A stretch of DNA of 56,232 bases, counting the filler, from Basidioascus undulatus (lineage: Eukaryota), in assembly GCA_000826855.1 (NCBI GenBank). It is 5 parts of 5 records of this genome, joined end to end, with 100 filler letters (N's around TTAATTAATTAA, not from the genome) between each part and the next. Parts side by side here need not be neighbours in the genome. Positions count along the whole stretch, not along the records: positions 1 to 11,186 come from JTLS01001033.1; 4 more parts are not named here. One strand, written 5' to 3'. Positions 1 to 11,286 of this stretch are shown in pieces (positions within the stretch are counted from its first letter, which is position 1; each line of letters begins with the position of its first letter). A program made the position numbers and the translations under genes. Below the pieces are notes generated by a model. The model saw only the letters and a program-made list of their open reading frames with translations. It was not told the DNA's origin and did not search any database.

Positions 1-72
1 TACGCTCATACAGGAATGCCCACGACGCAATCAAATATTCATCCCCTTTCTCACCTCCCCTCCCCCACTCAG

Positions 73-580
73 CTCCTCTACCTCCCCCAAATGATCTTCC
101 AGCTCGCGCTCGCCTCGCACGTCGCCCACTCGCCGTCTACCGCCCCGCACGCAGCCCTCATCTTCTGGTCTGTGTTCTTCACGAGCTGGATCGTCCAGTT
201 TTACGGGCATGGGAAGCACGAGCGCCGCGCGCCTGCGCTGCTCGATAACCTCGTCCAAGGTCCGTCCCTTGACTGGGAGCTACACTCCACCCTCCTGCTC
301 CTCGACTGACTTCGAGAGTGGGATATGTTGCCAGCCCTCGTTCTCGCGCCCTTTTTCGTTCACCTCGAGAGCCTCTTCGCGTTTGGGTACGACCCCGAGC
401 TGCACAGGAAGATCAAGAACGTGCGTGACTCGCTCTCCCGCCTCGGCAGGAAAGCCCATGGCTGACTGTTCCTTCTCCTTCTCCTGCACTTTCCCTGCCT
501 TGCAGGGTGCCGCGAGGGAGATTTCGAAGCTGCGGGAAAAGGAGGGTAAGACAAGGGCAGGTCGGAAGAAGACGTCTTGA
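73..580 (+). CDS. MPO1: Mpo1/DUF962-family membrane protein (2-hydroxy-palmitate dioxygenase-like), 3' part; 5' end outside the contig
   Basis: Exons 73-259, 335-420 and 506-580 joined at GT-AG introns give ...SWIVQFYGHGKHERRAPALLDNLVQALVLAPFFVHLESLFAFGYDPELHRKIKNGAAREISK..., matching the W-x-x-QF-x-GHG-x-x-E-x-RAPALLDNL-x-QA signature; TGA at 578-580. Confidence 0.9.
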
Positions 581-1586
581 TCCTCGCTTTGCGGACGGTG
601 CTGAACTGTTGTATGATGGAGGGTCATTCCCCTTGACTGTTCTCTAGCTTGAACTGCTGGATAAAGAAGTAAAATGGCAGTGTCGAGCTTGCTTGGTCCC
701 GTGCTTAGTCGTTGGAGGCAGCAGCAGTTCCACGGGGTTCATCGCGATTGGACATGCTATCTCGTCGTGACGTGTGGTCGTCACAGAGCAGCACTGCCGG
801 TCGCTCTGTACCAAGCATGCATGAAATGTGCTGTTACTTCCAGAGTGATGGAAAGTACAGACTACTACTGCCGTCCGTTGCGCTGCTCGTGTACGGTGGA
901 TCATCTCTCTCTTGGCTGCGCTGGGGGGCGAGTCTGTCATTCTCTGTCACCGTCGCAGGGCTAGGTAGTGGGTTGGCTCCGCTGGCTCAACCTTACGCAG
1001 ACGAAGAGTGTCTACATCCTCGACACTGAGGTGCTACTGTAAGGAAAGATGCAGAGTGTCGCCCTGTGAGGGAGCTTGTTGAGGGAGGCCTTGAGCGTCG
1101 ACTACATTGCAAGGTGGCGCTATGCTGTCCTATTCATGTACTCATGAAACCTCACGGGGCACTCCTAATCATTACAATCCAGGAAACCCGGGATGGGGAC
1201 GACATCCTCCTCAGCCGATCGGACGGGCGCAGCAGATGGGTTGGCAGCGCCTCGACCGTTGTCTTGCAGTCTCGCTTTGCACCTTCGGACATTCCAAGTT
1301 TTGATAGATAAGATCTAAGGACTTTCTACAGGCCTTTCTCTTCTGAGTTACACTTGTGAACCGCCCTTGCAGGCTCTTTCAAGTCGCCGGCGTTGAAGCC
1401 TTACCCTTCAACAGATGTTCAACGTTCACTCCCCATTCCACAGGTTACGCATAAAAACCCTCACTTTGTCATTTGGCAAACCCTTTTCCACACTTGTACT
1501 GCCCTGAAAGATCGTCGGGGTTTTTTTATGAGCTCCTCCGAGGACGAGGGGAATGGCCATGTGACCCCGCGCGGGCCGTCGCGCCG

Positions 1587-1938
1587 TCATGAAGTTTGCA
1601 AGCATGCGTCCGAACCCCGACCCGAAAGCGCGTGTCCGCCGGCTGCCCTCGCATCGCATAATGCGAAAAGCGTGACTCCGTCCGGCCCGACCGTTCGATC
1701 GCCGAGCTTAGAGCAGTTCGCGATCAGAACGATTTTGCGGATGTACCGGTCGAACGCGGGCGGGAAAGCGGGTGCGAGTGCTGTCAGGTCGAGTCGAACG
1801 GTCGAGTAGAGCATCGGGAGAGACAGCCCGTGAAGCGCATGGCAAGTGAGCGAAACGGAGTGGAGGTCATCAGAGAGCAAGGCCCGAGAGGCAGTGCTCG
1901 ATCAGCTCGCACGGCAGGGTGAGTAGGATGCAGGACAT
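1587..1938 (-). pseudogene. F-box protein relic (frameshifted)
   Basis: ATG at 1938 reads MSCILLTLPCELIEHCLSG and stops soon after; a 1-nt frame change near 1881 continues LSDDLHSVSLTCHALHGLSLPMLYSTVRLD, completing a typical fungal F-box (L..LP.EL...I...L...DL..VSLTC..L......LY..V). No coherent downstream frame. Confidence 0.6.
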
Positions 1939-3891
1939 GATGGAAGTTGTGTGAGGAAGAGAGTTGCCAGCACAGGCGAGTGTGGACAAGCTCCACAACT
2001 AAATGGGAGGATGCCGAAAGCCCGCCCGCTTCGCTTAGCCCAGCTACTTGCAAGGTGATCGGTAATCTGTAATCTACTTGGCCGGCTTCAAGTATTTCAG
2101 CAGTGTTAAGCTCATCATGTTTTTTTTTCCCGGTGTTCACTTCATTTGGCGGTTGTGTTTCGCAACTCACATTCAGAACCCTGCACGGTCCCACGGAGCT
2201 TCCCCCTTAGTCTCAAACTCCATCTGAAAGCTTTCTCTCGTAATTTAAATCTTGATGGATGGAGTACCTGGCCCGTTTTGAGTCACGAGAGCGCAAGGGC
2301 AGAGTACAGCACACCAAAACAAACAACGCATGACCTCAGCAGGCGTTCGTGCAAGAGACCAACACTTGCTCTCGCACGGGTGTCGTTTGTTTCGGGGTGC
2401 TGTACTCTGACTAAATACTAAACATTAGAAGGTGTAAGGTGGAGAAGTACGAGGATTCCAGGCAGCCGTTTGGGGCGGTCTGAGCCGCTGGCAAATCCGT
2501 CTGCTTCCGCTAGCAATTGATGGAGACCGGAGGCTGCCCATTTCGAAGACCGAACTTGCGTAGGATGAACTCAGGTCGAACTGCTCTACCAGGCCGATGG
2601 GCTTCTCCAGAGCAAATCTCCGCAGTCGCTTGCTGCAGAGCCGCGCCGCGCTATAGAGCGATGGCCGGAGCTGATAATGCTGTTGACCGCCACACACGAC
2701 AAAGATGAACATTTCGGACGCCGTCTAGAGCGTTCACTATTTGGCCTGATTGAGGGGCACTGCCCAGAAGGTATGCCAGTCCGTCCACCCATCTTACAGC
2801 TGCTTGCTGTTAACCCCTACGTGCAATACCTCCTCAGGTGCCTCTCCTTACTTCTCAGAGGCCGAGTTCGAGCGGTCGCACCCTCCCCGTGGGATCTTCA
2901 GAGGCACCGTAAAGATGCAGCGCGACGCCCGCTCCAGCTGGCCGTGGCTCTGATTCGGCCACGGCGAACTGTGTGAAGGAGCGGGCGCCTACCCATGGCT
3001 CCTCATATGGGGAGAATGTCGGAGGCAGAGGGGATTGCTGTGCCTTCTGCAGCTCCCGCTCGCGTGGTGGTGCCGTCTCTAATCGCCTCTGGGCCGGGGG
3101 CGCCGGCTGGGGCCGTAGGGGAGGAGACGATTACCTGGATGTGATGGTGGTTGGAGAACAAGAAGAATTTGATGGGCCTCGGTTTTATATCGACGACTAA
3201 TCAGGTGAAGTGGTGAAAAGAGCGAAGCAGCATCAACCAGTGCTGTGTTTCAGCCGTTCAGAATGCTTCCGCGCACGCATTTTCGTTCCGCCCGCCTTCC
3301 ACTTTGTTTATTCCTCCAAAACGAATATTTTTGGGGCTTAAATAGCAGCTGTGAATAGGTGTTCGAGCCAGCTTAAAGTTTGCGTCGAAGGCACTGAATC
3401 GAAGGAGTAAGCGAGGACGCCTACGCGCCGGCGGGGTCGTCTCTCGCAGCAGCTCTCCCAGGTGCCTCGCCTCAGCGGTCACCTTCGTGCGCGAGTATGC
3501 AAGTGGCAAGAATCCAGATACGTCGGACATCTGCGCTGGTTGTACACACCTGTATCCTGCTCGGGACCCTCTGCAGCCAGCCCCCAACCTACACGCTGAG
3601 GGTCGGGCGACAAGACAGACGGGATTTCGCAAGATCAGACATCAAGCGAGGGCAAGTAGGACAGTGAAGTTTATCGTGTCATGGTACATTATTGACAAAT
3701 GCGCAAGGTGGTACAGGGGTGGAACTACAGCTAGGGATCATGCGACAAAACTAGGCAAAAGACCAAGCAGGGGCAAGGGCAGAGGCAAGGCAGAGCAGTG
3801 GCGAAGACGGGAGAGCAGGGGCAACATGAGAGTCCGGAAAAGAGGGAATAGTGAACGAAGGTCTACCGGAACGAGGAAGGAAGGAAAGAAA

Positions 3892-5639
3892 TCAGAAGTC
3901 CTCGTCCAGCGTGAACTCCTTGGATGCTGCGCCCGCGCCGAGCGCGTTGTCCGACTTGATGCCCGCCTTGGCGTAATCCGACACGCGCTTCTCGAAGAAG
4001 CTGGAGAGGGGCAAGTATGTCAGCAGATGTTCGAGAAGATGGGGGCGTAGAATGACAAACGTACTTGGTCTTCCCTTGCAGGGAAATCATCTCCATGAAG
4101 TCGAAGGGGTTCGTGGAGTTGTAGTACTTCTCGTTGCCGAGGGCGACGAGCAGGCGGTCGGCGACGAACTCGATGTACTGGCACATGAGCTTGGCGTTCA
4201 TGCCGATGAGCGCGACGGGCAGAGCGTCCGTCAGGAACTCCTGCTCGATGCCGACCTGTAAAGCGGGGAGCGACGTTGAGTAAGAGAGCGGGGAAAGAAC
4301 GGGAACGGGTTTGACGAACAGCCTCAACGATGATCTTCTCGACGACGCGCGGGTGAGGACGGCGGCGGAGGTGGGAGAAGAGGAGGCAGGCGAAGTCCTG
4401 AGGTGGGATGGCGCGGAGTCAGCAAGGTGCCTCAGGGGCAAAGCGCGCAGCCGAGACGCACGGTGTGCAGACCCTCGTCGCGGGAGATGAGCTCATTCGA
4501 GAAGGTAAGGCCGGGCATGAGGCCACGCTTCTTAAGCCAGAAGATGGACGCGAAGGAGCCCTGCGAGATGACCGATCTGCTTCAGCGATCGCGCGCACGG
4601 GGCAAATTAGCAGAAGGGTGGACGCACAGAGAAGAAGATGCCCTCCACGGCGGCGAAGGCGACAAGACGCATGGCGAAGCAAGACTTCTCGTCAGAGATC
4701 CACTTCAGAGCCCAATCGGCCTTGCGCTTGATGCAGGGGACTGCAGGAGGAACAGCGGTCAGATCATGCGAGGATGGGCGGAGGGGCACGGGCGATCGAC
4801 GTACTGGTCTCGACGGCGTTGAAGAGGTAGTCGCGGCGCTCAGGCTCAGGAACGTAGGTGTCGATAAGGAGGGAGTAGGTTTCGGAGTGGATATTCTCCC
4901 TGTGAGGCAAAAGAAGACGTAAGGTCAGCGTCGACTTGTGGAACCGAAGACCGGCCTTGCCACGCGTCTGACGCGTCGCTGCGCCCCCGACCAGACAACC
5001 AACCAACCCAAGAAGAGACGCGCTACTCACATCATGATCTGGAAGCCATAGAAGCAGCGGGCCTCGGCGACCTGGACCTCGCCGGAGAAGCGCTCGAGGA
5101 GGTTCTCGTTGACGATGCCGTCGGACGCGGCGAAGAAGGCGAGCACGTGGGAGATGAAGTGGCGCTCGTTGTCGTTGAGCTTGTTCTGCCAGTCGTGCAT
5201 GTCCTTGGACAGGTCCATCTCCTCCGCGGTCCAGAACGACGCCTCGGCCTTCTTGTACATCTGCCAGATCTGTCGAGGGGAAGAACGAACGCGTCGGGGG
5301 ACCGTCAGCCAACATTGCCGACGCGTCATGAAAATTGACGCGACGCGTCAAATGACGCGTCGGGCGCGTAAAGAGAAGACGTACCTCAGTGTACTGGATG
5401 GGGAAGAGGACGAAGCGCTTGCTGTTCTCCTTCAGGATGGGCTCCTGGTCCTCGGTGATGTCGACCTCACCGACGAACTGGTCGACGAGGTCCTCGGCGG
5501 GGACGGCGGGATCCGCGGGGTCGACGACGGCCTTGACGACCTTCTTTGCGGGCGAGTTAACGTCGAGCTTCTCGAACGCCTGGGCGGCCTTCTTGGAGGG
5601 GGTCTCGGGGACGACGGCGGCGGCGGCGGCGGGGGACAT
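3892..5639 (-). CDS. RNR2: Ribonucleoside-diphosphate reductase small subunit (class Ia R2), 8 exons
   Basis: Exons 5385-5639, 5031-5269, 4805-4899, 4628-4740, 4462-4560, 4320-4397, 4065-4255 and 3892-4000, all GT-AG. Motifs [66 protein letters not shown] and C-terminal FTLDEDF*. Confidence 0.98.
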
Positions 5640-5839
5640 GATGGGGAGCGGGTACGTTACGCGTGAAGGGGGAGTGTGTGGGTGTGGATGGGGGTGCGCT
5701 ATATAATGGATGCTAGAAAGCAGGCGCAGAGGCGGGACAGTGGGCAGTAGTGCGAGGGGGGGATGGTGGTGGTGGGAGGAAGAAGAGAGCGAGTGCGCGA
5801 GGGCCTGGCTAAATAGCGTAGGGCGGAAGACGGACGCGT
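4962..5839. promoter_or_regulatory. Cluster of MCB (MluI cell-cycle box, ACGCGT) elements in RNR2 introns 1-2, 5' region and promoter
   Basis: ACGCGT at 4962 and 4971 (intron 2), 5289, 5321, 5343 and 5355 (intron 1), 5659 (between TATA and ATG) and 5834 (upstream). RNR genes are classic MBF/MCB targets. Confidence 0.7.
5700..5705 (-). promoter_or_regulatory. Putative TATA box of RNR2
   Basis: TATATA about 60 nt upstream of the RNR2 ATG in an otherwise GC-rich promoter. Confidence 0.45.
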
Positions 5840-6039
5840 CCAGCGCGTCGCGTTCACTTTCGTTGCTCGCGCCACTCCACTTTCGCTCCTCGCTGGGTCC
5901 TCCCCCGCGCAGAAATCACTGCGCTTGCCCCGCCCTTGAAAGAACTGTCCTTCAACATCCACAAGGGTCCCTGGTCAAAGAATCTATCACAATCAGGTCG
6001 ATAGTGAAAATAAACGGGCCCAGTCAGGGCGGAAAGGGG

Positions 6040-6065
6040 AAAGGATCGCGAAAGGATCGCGAAAG
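6040..6065. promoter_or_regulatory. Tandem 11-bp repeat carrying two CGCGAAA (SCB-type) sites upstream of RNR2
   Basis: AAAGGATCGCG-AAAGGATCGCG-AAAG; CGCGAAA at 6047-6053 and 6058-6064. Confidence 0.45.
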
Positions 6066-7970
6066 CCCGAAGTATCGCAGATCATGCCGAGTACAGTACT
6101 CTCGGTCCGGATCAGAGCAGATCTGCGGACCGAAGCGCGTCTTAGTCGCGTTTTCTCTTCACTTTGATGAGCTCACGCGGCCGCGTCAGGTCATTGTCAG
6201 CTCCTCCGCGCCTTCGCCTCAGCACGCTGAGCTTCGTTCCACCTAGCCGCCGGAAAAACGGTCGGAATAAAGCGGATGGATCTGCGATCTTCCATAGGAG
6301 TCATAGCAGACGTACCAAGCGGAACGCGAGAAGCGGCGTTTACGCACGCGTGCAGCCGCGGGTAGCGCGTCTATCTGGCGTTTAAAGCTGCAGATTTGAC
6401 GTGGTCGTCTGACCGATTCTTGATCTCACCGAGATCGATAATCTTATCTCAAGCATCGGAAGGGCATGTGCATGGTTGTTAAACGATGGCCTCGTCAAGC
6501 GCTGCAGCTGTTCACCGCCGTACGTACCCAGCAGTGCCTTCACCTTGCTTCACCCCGACGTCTGCTTCGTAGACCGTTCTTGCAGATTCAAACATTGAGA
6601 TCATCAACAAAAATGTCAACAACATCACATCGCCAGCGAACGGTCGTGCGTGCTCCTCTGCTGGTGGTGGACCGCCCCTTGCTTTCCCTTCATTGGAGTC
6701 TCCCGCTCCGCAACCCCACTAAACAGGCGCATATCTGGCACAGAGGACGGGAGAGCGCCAAACTCCCCTTTCTGTTATAAACCCACTGCTATCCCGCGGT
6801 AGTCAACTTTAGGTAGGTCTTCTGGAAGACACCCTGCTAGCTCGTCTCGGCCGTGACGATACTCGGCGACGAATCAGTACGAGAACCGAGAAAAGTGGCT
6901 TGCTGCCCACAAAGATGGGTACTTCAACTGTGCAAGCGACCTCCAAGCACATCAGCGTAGTAACGGAAACCGTTTAGGGTGGGCAGGTCAGCAAGCTGCA
7001 CAACGCACAGTTGAGATTTGACAGAGCCGCCGCGCGTCTATGCCAGGCAACATTCTGAAAACAAACCCTACCTGTTCCGGAAATTCTACATGGAATTTGA
7101 CTGTAACAGGCCTACGTGACGGCACGAATCACGGCAATTTCAGCTTTCAGCTCTGCGGCGGCGCGCTATTCAACGTGTGTCCTCTATCTCGCTTGCAACT
7201 GGATTGATGTACTTCCATGCTAAGACTTGCTATGCCGATAACTCACATAATAATGCATGGGTCAAAGAAGACATCCGCAGCAGTGAACGTAAGTGCGCGT
7301 AGTCTCCGAGTAAGCTGGTTTCCCCGTCCAGCAAGTGAAGGAGACTGCGCCTGCGCTGTGATCCATGTAATGCTAGAACAAAGATAATCATGGGGTGATG
7401 TATTGAACCTGTGTGGTTTAGACTTCAGTGAGCTTGGGTGAGCAGTCTGGTCCCTCGCGCCGGGGCTAACCTGGCGGAGGGTCGCGGAGGCGTAAAGTCC
7501 TGGTCGGCCTTCAATTGGTAGCTACATATCTCCTTTCATTACTGGTGTAAGGTTCATTATGTTATACATGCCGGAACTTTACTTGAAGTCTCGCTGTATA
7601 GAAGACGTTGAAGTGGAGCTGCTATCGAATCAACTTTGAATGGGTGAACTGCATGAAATTGCCGGGTGCACGCGGAGCGCTTATCTGTCTCGCTGTCTCA
7701 TTGTGAGCATGAGGATTTTTGTCCAGTTCTGCCGACCTGGGTGTACAGGCATAGTACTTATGAAGGGCGTTATGCCAAGATCGCAGGATGAGGAGGCAAC
7801 TCCAGCACGAAGCAACATACAAGGCACGACTCCATCGCCGTTGCGGCTTGCCTTTCCACCATCATCGCCATTCTCAACTTCGAGTCGTGCAGCTCTGTTA
7901 CTCGCGTTCACCTCCTCGCCCAAAATCTTCCTTCTGGTTATCATACTCACCACCAGGCCCGTCGTGTAGC

Positions 7971-8541
7971 ATGCCGTTCTCAATCCCACTCGTCGTCGTT
8001 CTCATCATCGAACAGCTCGCCGCTCCCTTGCACCCGCTAGCGTACGGCCAACCGCGCCATGTCTTGGACACGCTTCTTGCGCTCACGCTAGTCTCCCGCG
8101 GCGTGAGGGGCATTGCTCTTCGCCACTTCTACCGTTCCGTCTGCGGATCGTCAGTTCTGTCGCTCACCGTGACCGCTGCATGTTATCGAGTCGCTTTCGA
8201 TATGCGACCTTCACGAGACGATGCTACCGCTCTCGGACACAGATCGTCTCGATGCTTTGCGAAGGCTCAAAGACGCCCTTCAAGCGATACAGCCAACTCG
8301 TAGGCGCCTTCTCGTTTCTTTCCATTGCTTCACGCTCTTTGAGGCAAACCCGGAACACATCAGAATCCGCAATATTCTCATCCTCCCAATAATTATCCTC
8401 AGCATCAAGGAGCTGGGATTGATCAGCTTTGAGCCATCGCATGCCTTGAGTAGTGAGTTGACCTGGACTCGTCATCTGGTGCTGTGCGGTATCGCCACAC
8501 TTCAATCAGCCGCGGTTACTCTTCGCTATCGTAGTCGGTGA
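7971..8541 (+). pseudogene. F-box-like protein relic (HPLAY family)
   Basis: MPFSIPLVVVLIIEQLAAPLHPLAYGQPRHVLDTLLALTLVSRGVRGIALRHFYRSV is an F-box-like N-terminus (L..L.LVSR.....A....Y..V); LRR-like pieces (LDALRRLKDAL, WTRHLVLCG) continue only in a different frame (ORF 8221-8541). Confidence 0.55.
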
Positions 8542-9096
8542 GGGGTTCTGGCATGACGACGACGCTCCTTTCAAAACTTTACTTCCTTGACTTACCTCGT
8601 CTTGCAACAAACCGAGCGCATCCTTCGCGAACGTTTTGTTCCCCCGTGGGCGCTGTCTAGCCATGCCGGTTCTTGAGCACATTCTTCTCGTATACCCAGA
8701 AGATCTGCAAGTTAGTGCCTTGTTGCAGTCACTTCGAGATGCCTGCAAAAGCAGAAGTCCTGGAGTGTCGGTGCGTCGAATCGCTGGTGTTCCACACGGG
8801 GCCATTGTGGATTCAGCGGCGCTCGTGGTGCGACGGTGCGGGATGCGTCAACGGACGGTTCGCTGTGGGACATGGAGGGCATCACTTTGGAGGAGGCGTT
8901 GGCAACGGACTGAGCCTGAGATGAGTGGATGTTGTTGGCGTGCTGTTTGTACCGGGCCACGATCAATCGCATGCTCTGCAATACCTAAGCCTGAAGTGGT
9001 GAAGCCCGTGCGTAGTACATTGCTTGTTTTAGCCGCAGTGTACGCGTTATTTCAGTGAGTTCATAGACGCATAACAAGACTCAAGTACGCAGGCCC

Positions 9097-9618
9097 ATGC
9101 CGTCCTCTCCACGGCCCTTACCGCTGTACCAAGTGTGCATTACAAGCGCCGCGTGTCACAGAAACGCTCCCTTCTCCGCCAGCAGCTCGATCTGCTTGGC
9201 GATGCCCCACACCCGCTCCCTGTTCCGCATCGACGACGACCGGCTGCACGCCTTTGCGTACGCAAGCCAAGGACAACTGCGACCCTTCCCCCGACCTTCT
9301 CCAGCTCCGCGTCCCACCATTCGACCTCTCCCCCTTGCCATCTACCGCGTAAGGGAGGAGATGAGGCTGATGGGCCACGATGCTCGATCGCGCGAGGCGT
9401 TCGATCGAGGGTCGCCTCGTGGTCCTCCCCGGCAGCCATCATCGCCCCGACAACTGCGGGATCCGGCCGCTTTGTCTCAGCCGGAACTCGCCGTGTCCAG
9501 AGGTACTCCTGCAGATCGTCATTCAACTGGAACACAGTTTTGGCAAACGAGGGTCAGCTCCGATTCGAGATGCAATGGTAAAGTCAGAAGAGGCACACTT
9601 GCACTTCGACAGGCCTAG
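9097..9618 (+). pseudogene. Possible Elongin A-like relic, split across frames
   Basis: Pieces in different frames: PLPLYQVC / LDLLGDAPH / SLFRIDDDRL..F / IYRVREEMR. These resemble the PSL..LC...I..LGD.PY.L...IL..L..LE and WR..Y..EE.R pattern of fungal Elongin A. By-eye similarity only. Confidence 0.3.
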
Positions 9619-10316
9619 TCTGAACCGCCTGAAAGCTGGTCAAGGAAAGAACCCCGCGAAGTTGAAATTAGTGACCACGAAACGCAGCCGGCCGAGAAGA
9701 CAACAGTCGGACTGTACGTACGACGCAGCAAGTGTGGTTGCCCATCCCTACACTGACTGCCATGCAAATCTGGATTGTGGAAGAGAAAGGTCGGTGAAGA
9801 TGTTGAGGACTTCGTCAAACTTCGTGGCAGGATGTGCGAAGGACAGCACGGAACCCTCTTTCGTTGCAGAACAGGCGTCCATCCGTGCCTGACCTCGTAA
9901 AGCACATAGTTGGCGCGGCGCAGCACCACAGCCGTGTCGTCAGTCTGCCACAAATCTCACCGCCGGTGCTAAACGAGAAACAGCATGCGAGCGCAAGCTT
10001 ATGAATACCGAAAGAAAGAAACACATCGCCTAGTTGGCTTGGTTGGCTCAAGTGAGATGACTAACGGCCACGGAACCACGGTGACTGCCAAACATGAGGG
10101 GTAATCTTGCCAGTACGGCGAGCAACCACCGACGCCTTCCTCTTTCGAACCAAGTCACGTATGCGAAACTCCCTTCCTTACGACCGCACTCGATCCCGCG
10201 CCGGAGTCGTCGAGCAAGAGCGTGCGTGCATGGGTGCGTAAGGGGTAGGGGGTGGTAGGGCAGTACAAACAAGGGCCATAAACGGGATGCATGCAGGAGG
10301 GTCGTCACCAGCCCGT

Positions 10317-11074
10317 TTAGACCTCCTTGACCTTCTGGGTACCGCGGAGGAGACCAGTGCGGCGCGCAGCAATGAGACCCGCTGGAGAAGCGATACGCAT
10401 GTCAGCAATGCGTGGGGGACAAGGAAGGTGGACTGCGGGGATGGGAAGGGGAAGGAGGAGGGGGAGCGACGGACCCTTCTGACCAGCCGATGCATCGCGG
10501 GCGATGGTGGAAGCCTTGCCGATGTGCTGGTGGTTACCACCACCGTGAGGGTGGTCGACGGGGTTCATGGCCACACCACTGCATGTCGACCACAAATTGC
10601 ATCGTCAGCAAACCCAACGAGCCAGCGCGGTGGACGGGAAGGGGTGGTGAAAGGTGCGAGGGGTAGAACGGAAAACGTACCGAGTACGAGGCCAAGCGTT
10701 GCGCTTAGCCTTGAACTTGTGGAAGGCACGGCCGGCCTTCAGGAGCGGCTTGTCGATACGGCCACCACCGGCGACGATGCCGACGGTCGCGCGAGCGGCG
10801 CCGGAGATGGTCTTCTTGGCGCCGGACGGGAGGCCTAGAGGACCAGGGAAGGAAGACAGACATTCAGCACCGTCCCCCGCCCAATTGAACCGATCGAAGA
10901 GGCGTACGGATACGCGTCTTGTTGTCGTCAGCCGAGTGGCCGATGACGGTCGCGTAGTTGCCCGAGGTGCGGGCGAGCGCACCACGGTCGCCGGCCTTCT
11001 CCTCGATGTTGCAGACGATGGTACCCTCAGGGAGCTGAGAGACCGGGAGGACGTTGCCGACAGCGAGGGCGGCC
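10317..11074 (-). CDS. RPL2: 60S ribosomal protein uL2 (L2/L8), 3' exons; 5' end lost at the contig edge
   Basis: Spliced exons give [36 protein letters not shown]...LPSGAKK...[54 protein letters not shown]...[16 protein letters not shown] at 10317-10319. Confidence 0.97.
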
Positions 11075-11186
11075 CTGGAGGTGCGGAGAAGAAGGGACGT
11101 GAAGGGAGGGAGGGGCGCGGGAGGAGAGAGAAGGTTGTAGATTGAGGGGGGTGATGGGAGGAGAGGGTCGGGGGTCATGGTAAGGG

Positions 11187-11286
11187 NNNNNNNNNNNNNN
11201 NNNNNNNNNNNNNNNNNNNNNNNNNNNNNNTTAATTAATTAANNNNNNNNNNNNNNNNNNNNNNNNNNNNNNNNNNNNNNNNNNNN
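11187..11286. other. Artificial contig linker (N44-TTAATTAATTAA-N44)
   Basis: Exactly 100 nt with a six-frame stop cassette; identical at four places in the window. Confidence 0.98.

Noticed and set aside
2425..3200. Several short overlapping ORFs downstream of RNR2
   Set aside because: No recognisable motif or consistent exon chain; cannot support a gene call.
6164..6231. TGATGA...CTGA spacing suggestive of a box C/D snoRNA
   Set aside because: Box C lacks the leading purine, there is no terminal stem, and I recognised no rRNA-complementary guide.
11231..11242. TTAATTAATTAA repeated at about 11.2-kb intervals, resembling a periodic element
   Set aside because: Always centred in N44 blocks; a standard six-frame-stop joining linker, not biology.
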